DNA of 38,180 nucleotides from a virus: UHGV virus genome UHGV-0182431; one strand, given 5' to 3'. Positions 16,777 through 26,213 of this stretch are shown here, in pieces. Position 1 is the first letter of the stretch. Each line of letters opens with the position of its first letter. The notes under the pieces were generated by a model that saw only the letters and a program-made list of their open reading frames with translations, made no database searches and had not been told where the DNA came from. The position numbers were made by a program, and so were the translations under genes.

Positions 16777-17595
16777 GTGCGAAAACTTAACCGAGAGAGC
16801 ATCCATAAATCAGGTGATTATATGGAGGTTGATATTTTCCCCGTTCGGAAGCCGACAGGCAGACGTTCGGCAAAAGCAAAGCCGACAAGAGCTGTTCAGC
16901 AAAAGCTCAACGAACGGAATGCGGCTCGGAAGTTTACTTGGCTGCTTCAGGAAAACTTCGGGCCGAAGGATTATCTTTGCGAGCTCTCATATCCGTCGGA
17001 CTTTCCGTATGATAAGGCTCTCGAAGGCAGAGAGTTCGCGTGTTTCCTCCGAAACGTCAAAAATGCTTATAAAAAAGCAAACATTGATTTCCGCAGCATG
17101 TATACAACCGAGCTTGGAGAGAAAAACGGCCGTCCGCACTATCACCTTATCTGTTCGGGCGAGCTCGGTGCAAAGATCCTCAGAGAAAAATGGAACAAGC
17201 GGTTTACTAAAAATCCAAAAGTGAGCTATATTCACACATCACATCTCATTTTCACCAAGACAGGTCTTGCCGGAGCTGCTTTTTACTTGTCAAAAGATCC
17301 GAGGCTTTGCTACCGCTCGTATGTTTGCTCGAAAAACCTGAAACAGCCGCCTAAAAGTCAGCGTGACGGACGCATCAGCGGTCGAAAGCTCCAAGAGATG
17401 AGGAATGACATATACAATGCTGAGCTTTTTGAAAAATTATATCCCGGTTATGTGTTTGTTGACGCCGATCCCCGTCTTGATATGTACGATATCAATGAAT
17501 ACGGCGAAGCGGAAAAGATAGATTTTCCTTACATAACGATCCGGCTTTACAAGAAAGACAGTAAATATATCTTACGCAACAGAGAATACGCATGA
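16777..17595 (+). CDS. HUH-endonuclease rolling-circle replication initiator-like protein
   Basis: Motif II RPHYHLI and motif III YLSK; RBS AAAGGAGG with GTG start. Confidence 0.8.
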   Translation: MRKLNRESIHKSGDYMEVDIFPVRKPTGRRSAKAKPTRAVQQKLNERNAARKFTWLLQENFGPKDYLCELSYPSDFPYDKALEGREFACFLRNVKNAYKKANIDFRSMYTTELGEKNGRPHYHLICSGELGAKILREKWNKRFTKNPKVSYIHTSHLIFTKTGLAGAAFYLSKDPRLCYRSYVCSKNLKQPPKSQRDGRISGRKLQEMRNDIYNAELFEKLYPGYVFVDADPRLDMYDINEYGEAEKIDFPYITIRLYKKDSKYILRNREYA

Positions 17596-17606
17596 GGAGT
17601 GAGTCA

Positions 17607-17993
17607 ATGAACAATAAGCTTCAAAATCAAATACCAAGACCCACGGAAGCTCAGGAACAGGAAGCGTTGTTCCGATGGGCAGATTTCGCCGTGGGTAAAT
17701 ATCCCGAAATCAAATTTTTATATCATATCCCGAACGAAGGTAAACGCAGCAGGTATAACGGTGCCGCCCTGCGCCGTCAATGCCTGAAAAAGGGCGTACC
17801 AGATCTATGCTTGCCCGTGTCCTCAGGAAAATATCACGCGCTTTACATAGAGATGAAGCGAAAAGGCGAAAAGCCGAGCTTGCAACAGCTCAATTGGCTT
17901 GATAATCTTAACCTCTTCGGCAACCGTGCCGTTTGGTGTCAAGGCTGGGAAGAAGCAGCGAAAGAAATTGAGAGATACTTGAGAGGTGAATAA
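17607..17993 (+). CDS. VRR-NUC domain nuclease
   Basis: HIPNEG...GVPDL...LYIEMK...Q..W. Confidence 0.9.
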   Translation: MNNKLQNQIPRPTEAQEQEALFRWADFAVGKYPEIKFLYHIPNEGKRSRYNGAALRRQCLKKGVPDLCLPVSSGKYHALYIEMKRKGEKPSLQQLNWLDNLNLFGNRAVWCQGWEEAAKEIERYLRGE

Positions 17994-17996
17994 AGA

Positions 17997-18256
17997 GTGA
18001 CCGAAAAAGAAGCACTTGAATTTTTTGAAGGATTTATTAAAACAGCGCCTGTAAATCCTTACACACAATCTGCAAAGCTTGCTATCAAAGCCCTTGAAAA
18101 GCAGATATCAAAAAAACCAAAAAACATGGTTATGGAAAATGGTATTTCTGCCCGGATTGTCTCCGTTTAATTAAAAAGAGAATCGAGGACAGTTTATATG
18201 ATATTAAGTTTTGCCCGTTTTGCGGACAGACTTTGGATTGGAGTGATGAAACATGA
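17997..18256 (+). pseudogene. Zn-ribbon phage protein split by a -1 frameshift in an A tract (pseudogene, error or programmed)
   Basis: First frame gives ...ALEKQISKKP and stops at 18170; -1 frame gives CPDC...FCPFCGQTLDWS, ending in an ATGA overlap at 18253-18256. Confidence 0.7.
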
Positions 18257-18603
18257 CGGATGAAGAAATTATAAAAGCATTAAAATGCTGCAGCCGAAGA
18301 AATTGCAGCGATTGCCCAATGAGAAAATGTATGGATGGCAGCTGTGTTAACGATTTAAGCAGAGACGCTTTGCATTTAATCAACGATCAGCAGGCGGAAA
18401 TTAAATCCATAAAAACTAAAAGAGAGTTGGGGCTTAAGTTTTCGGAAGAACAATTGGACGATATGGTAAAGCGAGCCTTAAAATCCGTGGAATTTGACAT
18501 TGATGAAATTAGGCGTAAAGCATATGAACAACTCATAAGTAAGATTAAGACTACAAGTTCAAAAGATTTATTAAAAATCATCACCGATTTGACAAACGAA
18601 TAG
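18253..18603 (+). CDS. Hypothetical Cys-rich phage protein
   Basis: EIIKALKCC...CSDCP...C. Confidence 0.8.
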   Translation: MTDEEIIKALKCCSRRNCSDCPMRKCMDGSCVNDLSRDALHLINDQQAEIKSIKTKRELGLKFSEEQLDDMVKRALKSVEFDIDEIRRKAYEQLISKIKTTSSKDLLKIITDLTNE

Positions 18604-18615
18604 AAAGGAGCCGCT

Positions 18616-19077
18616 ATGCAGAATAAATACAAACTTCCCGATTACCTCAGATTGAATGCTTTGGCTATTATCAAAAGTTATAAGTCATACAAAAAAGAAG
18701 TCAAGGATGAAGAAAGTAGAATATTTTCTTTTGGCAGCGGACACTATGAAACAATTGGGCAAGAGCGTGTTTATCTGCCGAGCGGAAAAGGCGGAAAAAT
18801 CTCTCCGACCGAAGATCAAGCAATGCAGCTTGAAAATTTACATACAAGCTATCCGTATAAATGTGTGCAGGCTGTAGATTCCGCCCTTGACACGGTGCTT
18901 AAAAATTACACTCGCGCACCTTCCGAGAAGATAAGAGCTGCACTTATACGTTCATGTGAATGCGGCAGAACATTTAATTTTGATTATTCCGGCATTGACG
19001 GATTGAGTCGAGCGTCTTTTTACCGCTTAAAAAATCAATTTTTATATCAAATTTGTAAAAAAATGCATTTTTTTTAA
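18616..19077 (+). CDS. Putative late transcriptional activator (ArpU/RinA-like)
   Basis: Last early gene before the packaging module; C-terminal HTH-like LSRASFYRLKNQFL. Confidence 0.6.
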   Translation: MQNKYKLPDYLRLNALAIIKSYKSYKKEVKDEESRIFSFGSGHYETIGQERVYLPSGKGGKISPTEDQAMQLENLHTSYPYKCVQAVDSALDTVLKNYTRAPSEKIRAALIRSCECGRTFNFDYSGIDGLSRASFYRLKNQFLYQICKKMHFF

Positions 19078-19137
19078 TAAAGTTGAGACGGAGGACGTCA
19101 AAAAATCGTGTAGAATAGTAGTGTAAAAAAATATCTT

Positions 19138-19166
19138 AAAGCTGTCGCTTGATGCGGCGGCTTTTT
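19138..19166 (+). terminator. Terminator-like hairpin at the early/late boundary
   Basis: AAAGCTGTCGC-TTGAT-GCGGCGGCTTT-TT; a TAGAAT -10-like hexamer lies upstream at 19111-19116. Confidence 0.6.
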
Positions 19167-19181
19167 GCTTTGGTGAATAAC

Positions 19182-19367
19182 ATGAAAACACTCGCCGAGC
19201 TTGCCGAAGAATACCTCGCACAAGCGAACCATTTGAAAGCTGAATTAGAAAAGATTCCGAAACGTACTGACGACTACAAACTCAAGTATAAACGCACAAT
19301 TTATGAGGACATGTACGCCGATGCAATGTGTAGCTATAACCAGCTCAAGGCTTACTATGACAAGTGA
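19182..19367 (+). CDS. Hypothetical protein (61 aa)
   Basis: RBS GGTGA; helical ORF preceding HNH. Confidence 0.7.
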   Translation: MKTLAELAEEYLAQANHLKAELEKIPKRTDDYKLKYKRTIYEDMYADAMCSYNQLKAYYDK

Positions 19368-19390
19368 TTTTGATTGGAGGCTTACCGGCC

Positions 19391-19798
19391 ATGTTGTTAA
19401 AAGCTTGCGCGAGATGCGGCAACCTTATCCCGTACGGATCGACTTATTGCAAGACGTGCACTCCGGTCGTCGAAGCAGAGAGAGAAGCACGCTTGTCCGA
19501 ACGTAAAAAAGAAAGCAACCGTCTATACAATAAAAGCAGAGATCCGAAGTACGTTAAATTTTACAACAGCGCACAGTGGAAGTCGCTGTCGGCAAAGAGG
19601 CTGCAGGATGACGGTTATCGGTGCGCTTTTTGCGGTGAAATAGCAACTGAGGTTGACCACATTATTCCGATAAAAACTCCCGAAGGCTGGGAGAAACGTT
19701 ACGACTACAACAACACTCGGAGCTTATGCCATCGATGCCATGACAAGCGACATAACAGATTCCAGTCGAGAGGCAGAGCGGCAGCACGGAAGAGATAA
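19391..19798 (+). CDS. HNH endonuclease (packaging-associated)
   Basis: CAFCG...VDHIIP...N..SLCHRCHDKRH; RBS GGAGG. Confidence 0.92.
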   Translation: MLLKACARCGNLIPYGSTYCKTCTPVVEAEREARLSERKKESNRLYNKSRDPKYVKFYNSAQWKSLSAKRLQDDGYRCAFCGEIATEVDHIIPIKTPEGWEKRYDYNNTRSLCHRCHDKRHNRFQSRGRAAARKR

Positions 19799-19898
19799 GA
19801 CGTCGTGTGTTTGACCGCCTGCTCGGTGGTTAAATTAACTCTTTTATATGCAAATTGTGACGCAAAAAAATTAAACAAAATCTCAAATCAAAAACATC

Positions 19899-19990
19899 CG
19901 TATGGGTAGGGGTGGTTTGAATTCTACAGAGCCTTTCGGAGAGAACGGTGCAACAAGGGGTCTTTGCAGAAAAAACTCCCCACGGAAAAT
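19899..19990. other. Candidate cos region
   Basis: Non-coding gap after HNH with a G-rich run (GGGTAGGGGTGG) and downstream ACTCCCC; usual cos position in HNH/HK97-type phages; cut site not identifiable. Confidence 0.4.
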
Positions 19991-20006
19991 TTAAGGAGGA
20001 AAAACG

Positions 20007-22592
20007 ATGCTGAATGTGTGTTTTAACAGCTACGGAAAGTACACCGTGAACTATCTTTATCAGTGGGACAAGAACCAAATTGTTGAAATAACCGGGCTTA
20101 ATCTCAGTAAGGTGCCGGAGGTACATTTTGCCAACAAGACAATGGAAAAAGCGATCGTGAGACAAGCGACCATGGCCGACGGAGTAATACGAGCAAATAT
20201 TCCAAATTCACTGCTGCAAGCTCCGTTTCCCGTCATCGCTTTTGTTGGAATCTATGAGGGAAAGCAGTTTAAAACAATTGAAACAATCAAAATCCCGATT
20301 GTGCCGAGAGTTCGTCCGGCAAATTATGTGCTTGAAAAAACCGATGATGAAGTTTACTCTTTCAATTATCTTGAAAATCTTATTGCAAATTTGGTTACTC
20401 TACAAGATTTCGGCAGAGCGGTAGCAAATTTGAACGAAGCTGTGATCTCAAACAAAACTTCTATAGAATCACAAATAGCGAACATTATTGCACACAACAA
20501 CGATACCGAGGGCAACACAGAGCTGATTGATCTTCGTGCCAGCGCAGATGGAACTGTTTACGACAGCGCAGGAGCAGCCATCAGAGGTCAATTTGATAAA
20601 ATTAAATTAAATTTGACTGAAATACAGAACACGTTCAAATCAGAAAATCTTATTGATCCCGATAAATGCGAGAGCGGCTATATAAATTACGTCAATGGCA
20701 CAGTAAACACGCACGACACATACATGCACACTGACTACATTCCAGTCATAAACAACATGACCTATTGCTTAAACCAATCAATGAGCACATCACATTTTGC
20801 TTTTTATACAGCCGATAAAACTGTGTTCAGCGGTACGGGAACGAGCATTATAGACTATAACGGCGGAATAGAGTCCGATTGGATATATTTTGTAGCGCCG
20901 ACAGATGGATTTGTGCGAGTGACGGTTAAGAATGCTGCTGCGGTTGAAAGCGCAATGATGATATTGGGAACTGTTGCAGCTCTGAATACCGAAGGTATCT
21001 CGCCGAATGAATATATCCCATATAATTTGTCATTGACAAAGATTGCAAAAGAATTCAAAAATCTTTCGCAAGAGTTTAACAATGCATCTGAAAGCTTCAT
21101 CGATAAACCATCTCTCTCGTCACTTTTGCCGACTGCATTGCAGGGTAAATTCATACAATATTTTAATTTAATCGACTCAAGCAAAGTGACTGTAGGAAAA
21201 TATATCACGACAAATGGACGAGAAGCGGCAAATAGCGAATACGACGCAACAGAGTATATCGCGATTATGCAAAACACATATTATCTTTTTAACAATAATC
21301 TTACAGGTTTTGTTCCGAGAACGTTGGCTTTTTATGATAAAAACAAGAGTCACATTGCATCGGCTTTCATGGACGCAGGAGCCGGAACGAGTTCATATGT
21401 AATTTCTCCGGTTGAAAATGCTGCGTTTATTAGAATTACGCTGCCTACAGGAAAAGCCGAAGAATATATGCTTACGATGGACTCTGCTCCTAAAGCATTC
21501 GTGCCCTTTGGAAAATATTTGCTCAAGAAAGAACTTATTGACGGCTTAATTACCGATACTGACTCGAAAATCGCTTACGCACACTGCGGCGGAAATGCTT
21601 TGAAAGCGCATGTAAAGATCCTTGCAAGCGAAACACAATTAAATCTTTCAAATTTTCCGCAAAATTTGAAAAAAGGTTTATCGTTGACTTTTTACGCAAA
21701 GCTTAACTCGCTCACAAAATTGACTATTGGAATGGGATACAATGCATACAGAGGCGATTGGTTAGAAATCGACGGGACAAACGTCGTTTCAAAGCATTAT
21801 GAGTCAGGTGTCAGCATTCGGGAAACAAAGCAACACGGACTGTCTATTGGCAGTTTTCTTTTTATTGCAATGAATGTTGATAACGACTCCGTCTGTCATT
21901 GCACTTTAAACACACTTTCGGGCACTGCTGTTCTGAACTTTTCGTGGCTATACGAGCACAATGGCATACCGTTTGTTTTTGGAGAACAAAACATGACAGA
22001 TGTTGAATTTAGCGCTGTAGCCAATGATATAGGATACCCGATATGGTTGTTTGGAGACTCGTATTTCGGTGTTGCGGCAAACCGAATAATCGGACAACTC
22101 AAAAACCTCGGATATGCAGACACTTGTTTGATAGATGGCGTTGCCGGTCAGAAATCCGCTGGAGCATACAGTGAATTTGAAAAATTGATAGCGCTCGGAG
22201 GTGCTCCGAAAATTCTCGTGTGGTGTCTTGGTATGAATGACAACGCTTCAACTTATCAGATATATTTAAACAAGCTTCAAGGGTTATCAGAAAAATATGG
22301 CTTCGAGCTTGTTTTGCAAAGAATTCCGGTTGTTCCCGGAAGAATAGAAGCAAATACAGGTGTTAATGGAATTGTTGCCGGAAGCGGATTAAGATATGTA
22401 GACGCATATGAGGCTGTAGGTTCTAACGAAAGCGGTGCTTGGTATAACGGGTTTATTTCATCAGATGCACTGCACCCAGATGTTCCCGGAGCAAAAGCTA
22501 TCGCAGCTCGCATGTTGGTTGATGTGCCTGAACTTATGCAGTATGGCTATAATCCCGGAAACATTAACGGTGGAATTTCGGGCGACAAATGA
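20007..22592 (+). CDS. Tail-fibre/receptor-binding-like protein with C-terminal SGNH hydrolase
   Basis: BppU-like N-terminus (LYQWD..EVHF..IPNSLL), two internal beta repeats, SGNH blocks GDSY / G / GMND / DALHP; RBS AAGGAGG. Confidence 0.8.
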   Translation: MLNVCFNSYGKYTVNYLYQWDKNQIVEITGLNLSKVPEVHFANKTMEKAIVRQATMADGVIRANIPNSLLQAPFPVIAFVGIYEGKQFKTIETIKIPIVPRVRPANYVLEKTDDEVYSFNYLENLIANLVTLQDFGRAVANLNEAVISNKTSIESQIANIIAHNNDTEGNTELIDLRASADGTVYDSAGAAIRGQFDKIKLNLTEIQNTFKSENLIDPDKCESGYINYVNGTVNTHDTYMHTDYIPVINNMTYCLNQSMSTSHFAFYTADKTVFSGTGTSIIDYNGGIESDWIYFVAPTDGFVRVTVKNAAAVESAMMILGTVAALNTEGISPNEYIPYNLSLTKIAKEFKNLSQEFNNASESFIDKPSLSSLLPTALQGKFIQYFNLIDSSKVTVGKYITTNGREAANSEYDATEYIAIMQNTYYLFNNNLTGFVPRTLAFYDKNKSHIASAFMDAGAGTSSYVISPVENAAFIRITLPTGKAEEYMLTMDSAPKAFVPFGKYLLKKELIDGLITDTDSKIAYAHCGGNALKAHVKILASETQLNLSNFPQNLKKGLSLTFYAKLNSLTKLTIGMGYNAYRGDWLEIDGTNVVSKHYESGVSIRETKQHGLSIGSFLFIAMNVDNDSVCHCTLNTLSGTAVLNFSWLYEHNGIPFVFGEQNMTDVEFSAVANDIGYPIWLFGDSYFGVAANRIIGQLKNLGYADTCLIDGVAGQKSAGAYSEFEKLIALGGAPKILVWCLGMNDNASTYQIYLNKLQGLSEKYGFELVLQRIPVVPGRIEANTGVNGIVAGSGLRYVDAYEAVGSNESGAWYNGFISSDALHPDVPGAKAIAARMLVDVPELMQYGYNPGNINGGISGDK

Positions 22593-22610
22593 TGACTTTG
22601 AGGTGATAAG

Positions 22611-23090
22611 ATGGCAGGGTCAAGGGTTCCGCTCGAAGTCCTTGAAGCTCGCGGCTCAAAGCATTTAACAAAGGCTGAGAAACAGAAGCGTCAAGAAAAT
22701 GAAATTAAACCGATTGCCGACAACATAATTGCACCTGAATACCTATCCAAAAAGCAGAAAAATGAGTTTTACAGAATTTCCGAGCAGCTTGAAAAGCTTA
22801 AAATAATGGGCGAAACCGACTGTGATACGTTGGCCAGATATATTGTCGCACAAGATTTTTATGTTAGCGCTATTAAACAAATGAAAAAAAAAGAGGTTAA
22901 AAACGATCCTTTCAAGTTTGAGCAGTGGTCAAAAATTCAAGAGCGGTATTTTAAACAGTGCCGTGCCGCCGCCAACGACTTGGGGCTGTCAATTTCAAGC
23001 CGGTGCAAATTGGTTGTGCCAAAAGCAAGTGACGAAAAGCCTAAAAAAAATAAATTTGAAAAATTCGAGAAGAGGACAAACGATGGCTAA
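22611..23090 (+). CDS. terS: Terminase small subunit, P27 family
   Basis: HLTKAE...APEYL...LGLSISSRCKL; upstream of terL. Confidence 0.9.
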   Translation: MAGSRVPLEVLEARGSKHLTKAEKQKRQENEIKPIADNIIAPEYLSKKQKNEFYRISEQLEKLKIMGETDCDTLARYIVAQDFYVSAIKQMKKKEVKNDPFKFEQWSKIQERYFKQCRAAANDLGLSISSRCKLVVPKASDEKPKKNKFEKFEKRTNDG

Positions 23091-24855
23091 CGGTTACGCT
23101 CCGATCTATGACCGTGTCACGGAGTATGCACACCGGGTCGTCTCCGGAAAGGTCGTTGCCGGAGAATTGCACATTTTGGCGTGCAAGCGGCATCTTAACG
23201 ATTTGAGGCGTCAAAAAAGTGAAGATTTCCCGTACTACTACGATCCAAACAAAGCTTTGGAAATTATCGAATATGCCGAAACTCTGACTATTGCCGAGGG
23301 AGATGCTCCGAAGCCGGTAAAGCTTCTTGATTCGCAAGCGTTTGATCTCGGCTGCACATTCGGCTGGTTTAAAACGTCGAACAACAAGCGTCGCTTCCGC
23401 CGCCGTTACAAAAGTGTTGCCCGTCAAAACGGTAAAACTTTTGAAAACGGCATAATGGGAACGTACATTGCCGGCTTTGGCGGATACAATTACGGAAAGC
23501 TCTTTACTGTTGCCACAAAGAAAAGACAGGCTCGTCTCGCTTGGGAAGAAATGAGCAAATTCATCACGATTGACCCCGACCTCGGCGAATATTTTGACAT
23601 AAAGGACTACAAATCAACGATAGAAGCCTTGAATACGTTTTGCACGATTGAGGCACTCAGCCGTGAAGCGGGTCTTGAGGACGGTTTCCGAAGCATATAT
23701 GCCTCAATCGACGAAATCCATCAACATCGGGACAATAAGATTTACAAAGCCTTATACAACGGCACACGAGCGTTAGATGAAACACTTGTATCGATGATAA
23801 CAACCAGAGGCGACAATCTAAACAGTTTTTGCAAAGAAATGGACGATTATGCAATCAAAATCCTCCGTGGGCTCAGTTCCGCCGAGGATTTTTTCGTCGA
23901 CATATATTGCCTTGATCCGGACGACGACATTTGGAATCCGACAAACTGGGCGAAAGCAAACCCGTTTATATCGTCAAATGCCGAAAAGTTTGAAATACTT
24001 AAAACCGATGCTCAGACAGCTAAAGACATGGCCGGTTCGGATCTAAGAGATTTTCTCACAAAATCTCTTAACATGTGGGTTCAAAACACTGACGACCAAT
24101 TTATTTTGGCGGATAAGTGGCAAAAATGCGGTTCTAATCGAACGCTTGAAGATATGCGGGGATGCAGCTGCTGGGTGGGCTTGGACTTATCCTCCGGCGG
24201 CGATTTAACGACATATGCCCTCGAATTTTCCGAAGAATACATTTCCGAGCTTGGTGAAGCAAAAGAAAAATGTTATTTTTATTCACATAGCTTTATGCCC
24301 CGAGGCCGCTTACAGGAACATATTGAAACAGATCTCGCCCCATATGACCTATGGGAGCAAATGGAGCTTATAACGGTCACAGGTGGCGTAAATGACTATA
24401 AGAACGATTACAAGTTTATCATTAAAGACCTTAAGCACATTAAGGAAGAGTACGATATTACTTTTTTAGGTATCGGAATCGATCCTCATAATGCCGACGG
24501 TATCCTTGCCGAGCTTGAAGAATTCGGTTGTCCGGTTGTAATTATTGTGCAATCGTGCAAGTCGTTGAACGATGCAACGACGGACATGCAGCTGCTTGTT
24601 AAATCTGAGGACTTGGAGTATAACGCCAAAAACGAGCTGTTAACATGGTCGTTTCTTAATGCAAAAGTTGTCCGAAATTCGTTTGATGAAATAAAAGTCG
24701 ATAAAAAGCCCGGAAAGCGATTTAAACGAATCGACCCCGTTGACGCTTGTATCGATGCCCACGCTTGTAAGCTTAAAAATAAAACGAAAGAGGTTGTTGA
24801 TGTTGAAAATGAACTCGACAAATATCTTGAAATTATGGGCTGGAAGAAAAATTAA
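23083..24855 (+). CDS. terL: Terminase large subunit
   Basis: Walker A VARQNGKT, Walker B IDEIH, nuclease GLDLS and RIDP. Confidence 0.95.
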   Translation: MANGYAPIYDRVTEYAHRVVSGKVVAGELHILACKRHLNDLRRQKSEDFPYYYDPNKALEIIEYAETLTIAEGDAPKPVKLLDSQAFDLGCTFGWFKTSNNKRRFRRRYKSVARQNGKTFENGIMGTYIAGFGGYNYGKLFTVATKKRQARLAWEEMSKFITIDPDLGEYFDIKDYKSTIEALNTFCTIEALSREAGLEDGFRSIYASIDEIHQHRDNKIYKALYNGTRALDETLVSMITTRGDNLNSFCKEMDDYAIKILRGLSSAEDFFVDIYCLDPDDDIWNPTNWAKANPFISSNAEKFEILKTDAQTAKDMAGSDLRDFLTKSLNMWVQNTDDQFILADKWQKCGSNRTLEDMRGCSCWVGLDLSSGGDLTTYALEFSEEYISELGEAKEKCYFYSHSFMPRGRLQEHIETDLAPYDLWEQMELITVTGGVNDYKNDYKFIIKDLKHIKEEYDITFLGIGIDPHNADGILAELEEFGCPVVIIVQSCKSLNDATTDMQLLVKSEDLEYNAKNELLTWSFLNAKVVRNSFDEIKVDKKPGKRFKRIDPVDACIDAHACKLKNKTKEVVDVENELDKYLEIMGWKKN

Positions 24856-24872
24856 GAAAAGAGGTGTTGAAA

Positions 24873-26213
24873 ATGAACATCTTTAAGCGATTATCTCTCG
24901 CATGGCGACGAGTAATCCACAAATCGGATAGACAGACTGTCGAGCTGAATAACTTATACCGATTTTTAGGCATCGATCCTGATCAGGATGACAGGGTGCT
25001 TTCGGAAGCAACATATTTCGCTTGTATGAAAGTGTTGAGCGAGTCGATCGGCAAATTGCCGCTTAAATTGCTCAGATATAACGAGAGAAACGGAGTTGAA
25101 ACCGCTCGCAGGCATCCGTTATATTACACATTACACGACCGCCCGAATCCTTACATGACGTCGACAAGCTTTTGGTCGACGGTAGAGTACAACCGCAATC
25201 ATTACGGAAATGCTTACGTATGGCTTCAAGGCGCAGGCAAGGACATGAAACTATGGATTTTGCCAAGCACGGACGTTGAGGTATGGTATGATGATGCTAA
25301 AATTTTAGCGGAGCAGCCGGACGTTTACTATTTATATTCTGCTGCCGGTAAAATCTATAAGTTCGGCTCGGAAGAAATTCTGCATTTTAAATCTTCGAAC
25401 TCCCTTGACGGAATTGTAGGCGTATCTGTGCAAGAACAGCTGAAAATGACTATCGGCGGAGCAATCAAGTCGCAACGCATGATTAACAGGATGTATGATT
25501 CCGGTTTTACAGCAAAAGCAGTCTTGCAGTACACAGGAAACCTTAACGATGAAAACGTTAAAGCTTTCGTGCAAGGTATTGAAAAATATTCCGTCGGAGA
25601 GCTTTCTAACGAGGGAATCAAGAACATTATCCCGATTCCTCTCGGCGCACAGCTTCAGCCGCTCAACGTTAAGCTCGGCGATAATCAGTTTATCGAAGTT
25701 AAGCAGTATACAGCCTTGCAAATAGCAAGCGCTTTCGGAATTAAACCGTATCAGATAGGCGATTACACTAAATCGTCATACGCTTCCGCCGAAGCACAGC
25801 AGCTGAGCTTTTTGGTGGATACATTATTGTACATCATAAAGCAATATGAAGAGGAGCTTACCTATAAGCTTCTCACGCAGGAGGAAGTTAACACCGGCTA
25901 TCATTTTAAGTTTAACGTAGCCGTCATCCTTAGAGCTGATCTAAATACTCAAATCCAAACGTTAAGTAACGGTGTTGCAAACTTTATTTACACGCCGAAC
26001 GAGGCAAGAGCTTTACTTGACCTTGAAGCAAAACCCGGAGGCGACCGACTTCTCGGCAACGGAGCAAGTATACCTGTCGAGCTTGCCGGAACTCAATATA
26101 CAAAGAATCAGACGGAGGGTGCTTCTTCGGCTGATTCAAATTCTGAGGGCGATTCCGCTAATGGAGAATCGACCGAGGAAAATAACGAGGGAGGAGGTAA
26201 AGACGATGAATGA
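24873..26213 (+). CDS. Portal protein, HK97 family
   Basis: RPNPYMT, GNAY, EILHFK, TPNEAR. Confidence 0.95.
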   Translation: MNIFKRLSLAWRRVIHKSDRQTVELNNLYRFLGIDPDQDDRVLSEATYFACMKVLSESIGKLPLKLLRYNERNGVETARRHPLYYTLHDRPNPYMTSTSFWSTVEYNRNHYGNAYVWLQGAGKDMKLWILPSTDVEVWYDDAKILAEQPDVYYLYSAAGKIYKFGSEEILHFKSSNSLDGIVGVSVQEQLKMTIGGAIKSQRMINRMYDSGFTAKAVLQYTGNLNDENVKAFVQGIEKYSVGELSNEGIKNIIPIPLGAQLQPLNVKLGDNQFIEVKQYTALQIASAFGIKPYQIGDYTKSSYASAEAQQLSFLVDTLLYIIKQYEEELTYKLLTQEEVNTGYHFKFNVAVILRADLNTQIQTLSNGVANFIYTPNEARALLDLEAKPGGDRLLGNGASIPVELAGTQYTKNQTEGASSADSNSEGDSANGESTEENNEGGGKDDE

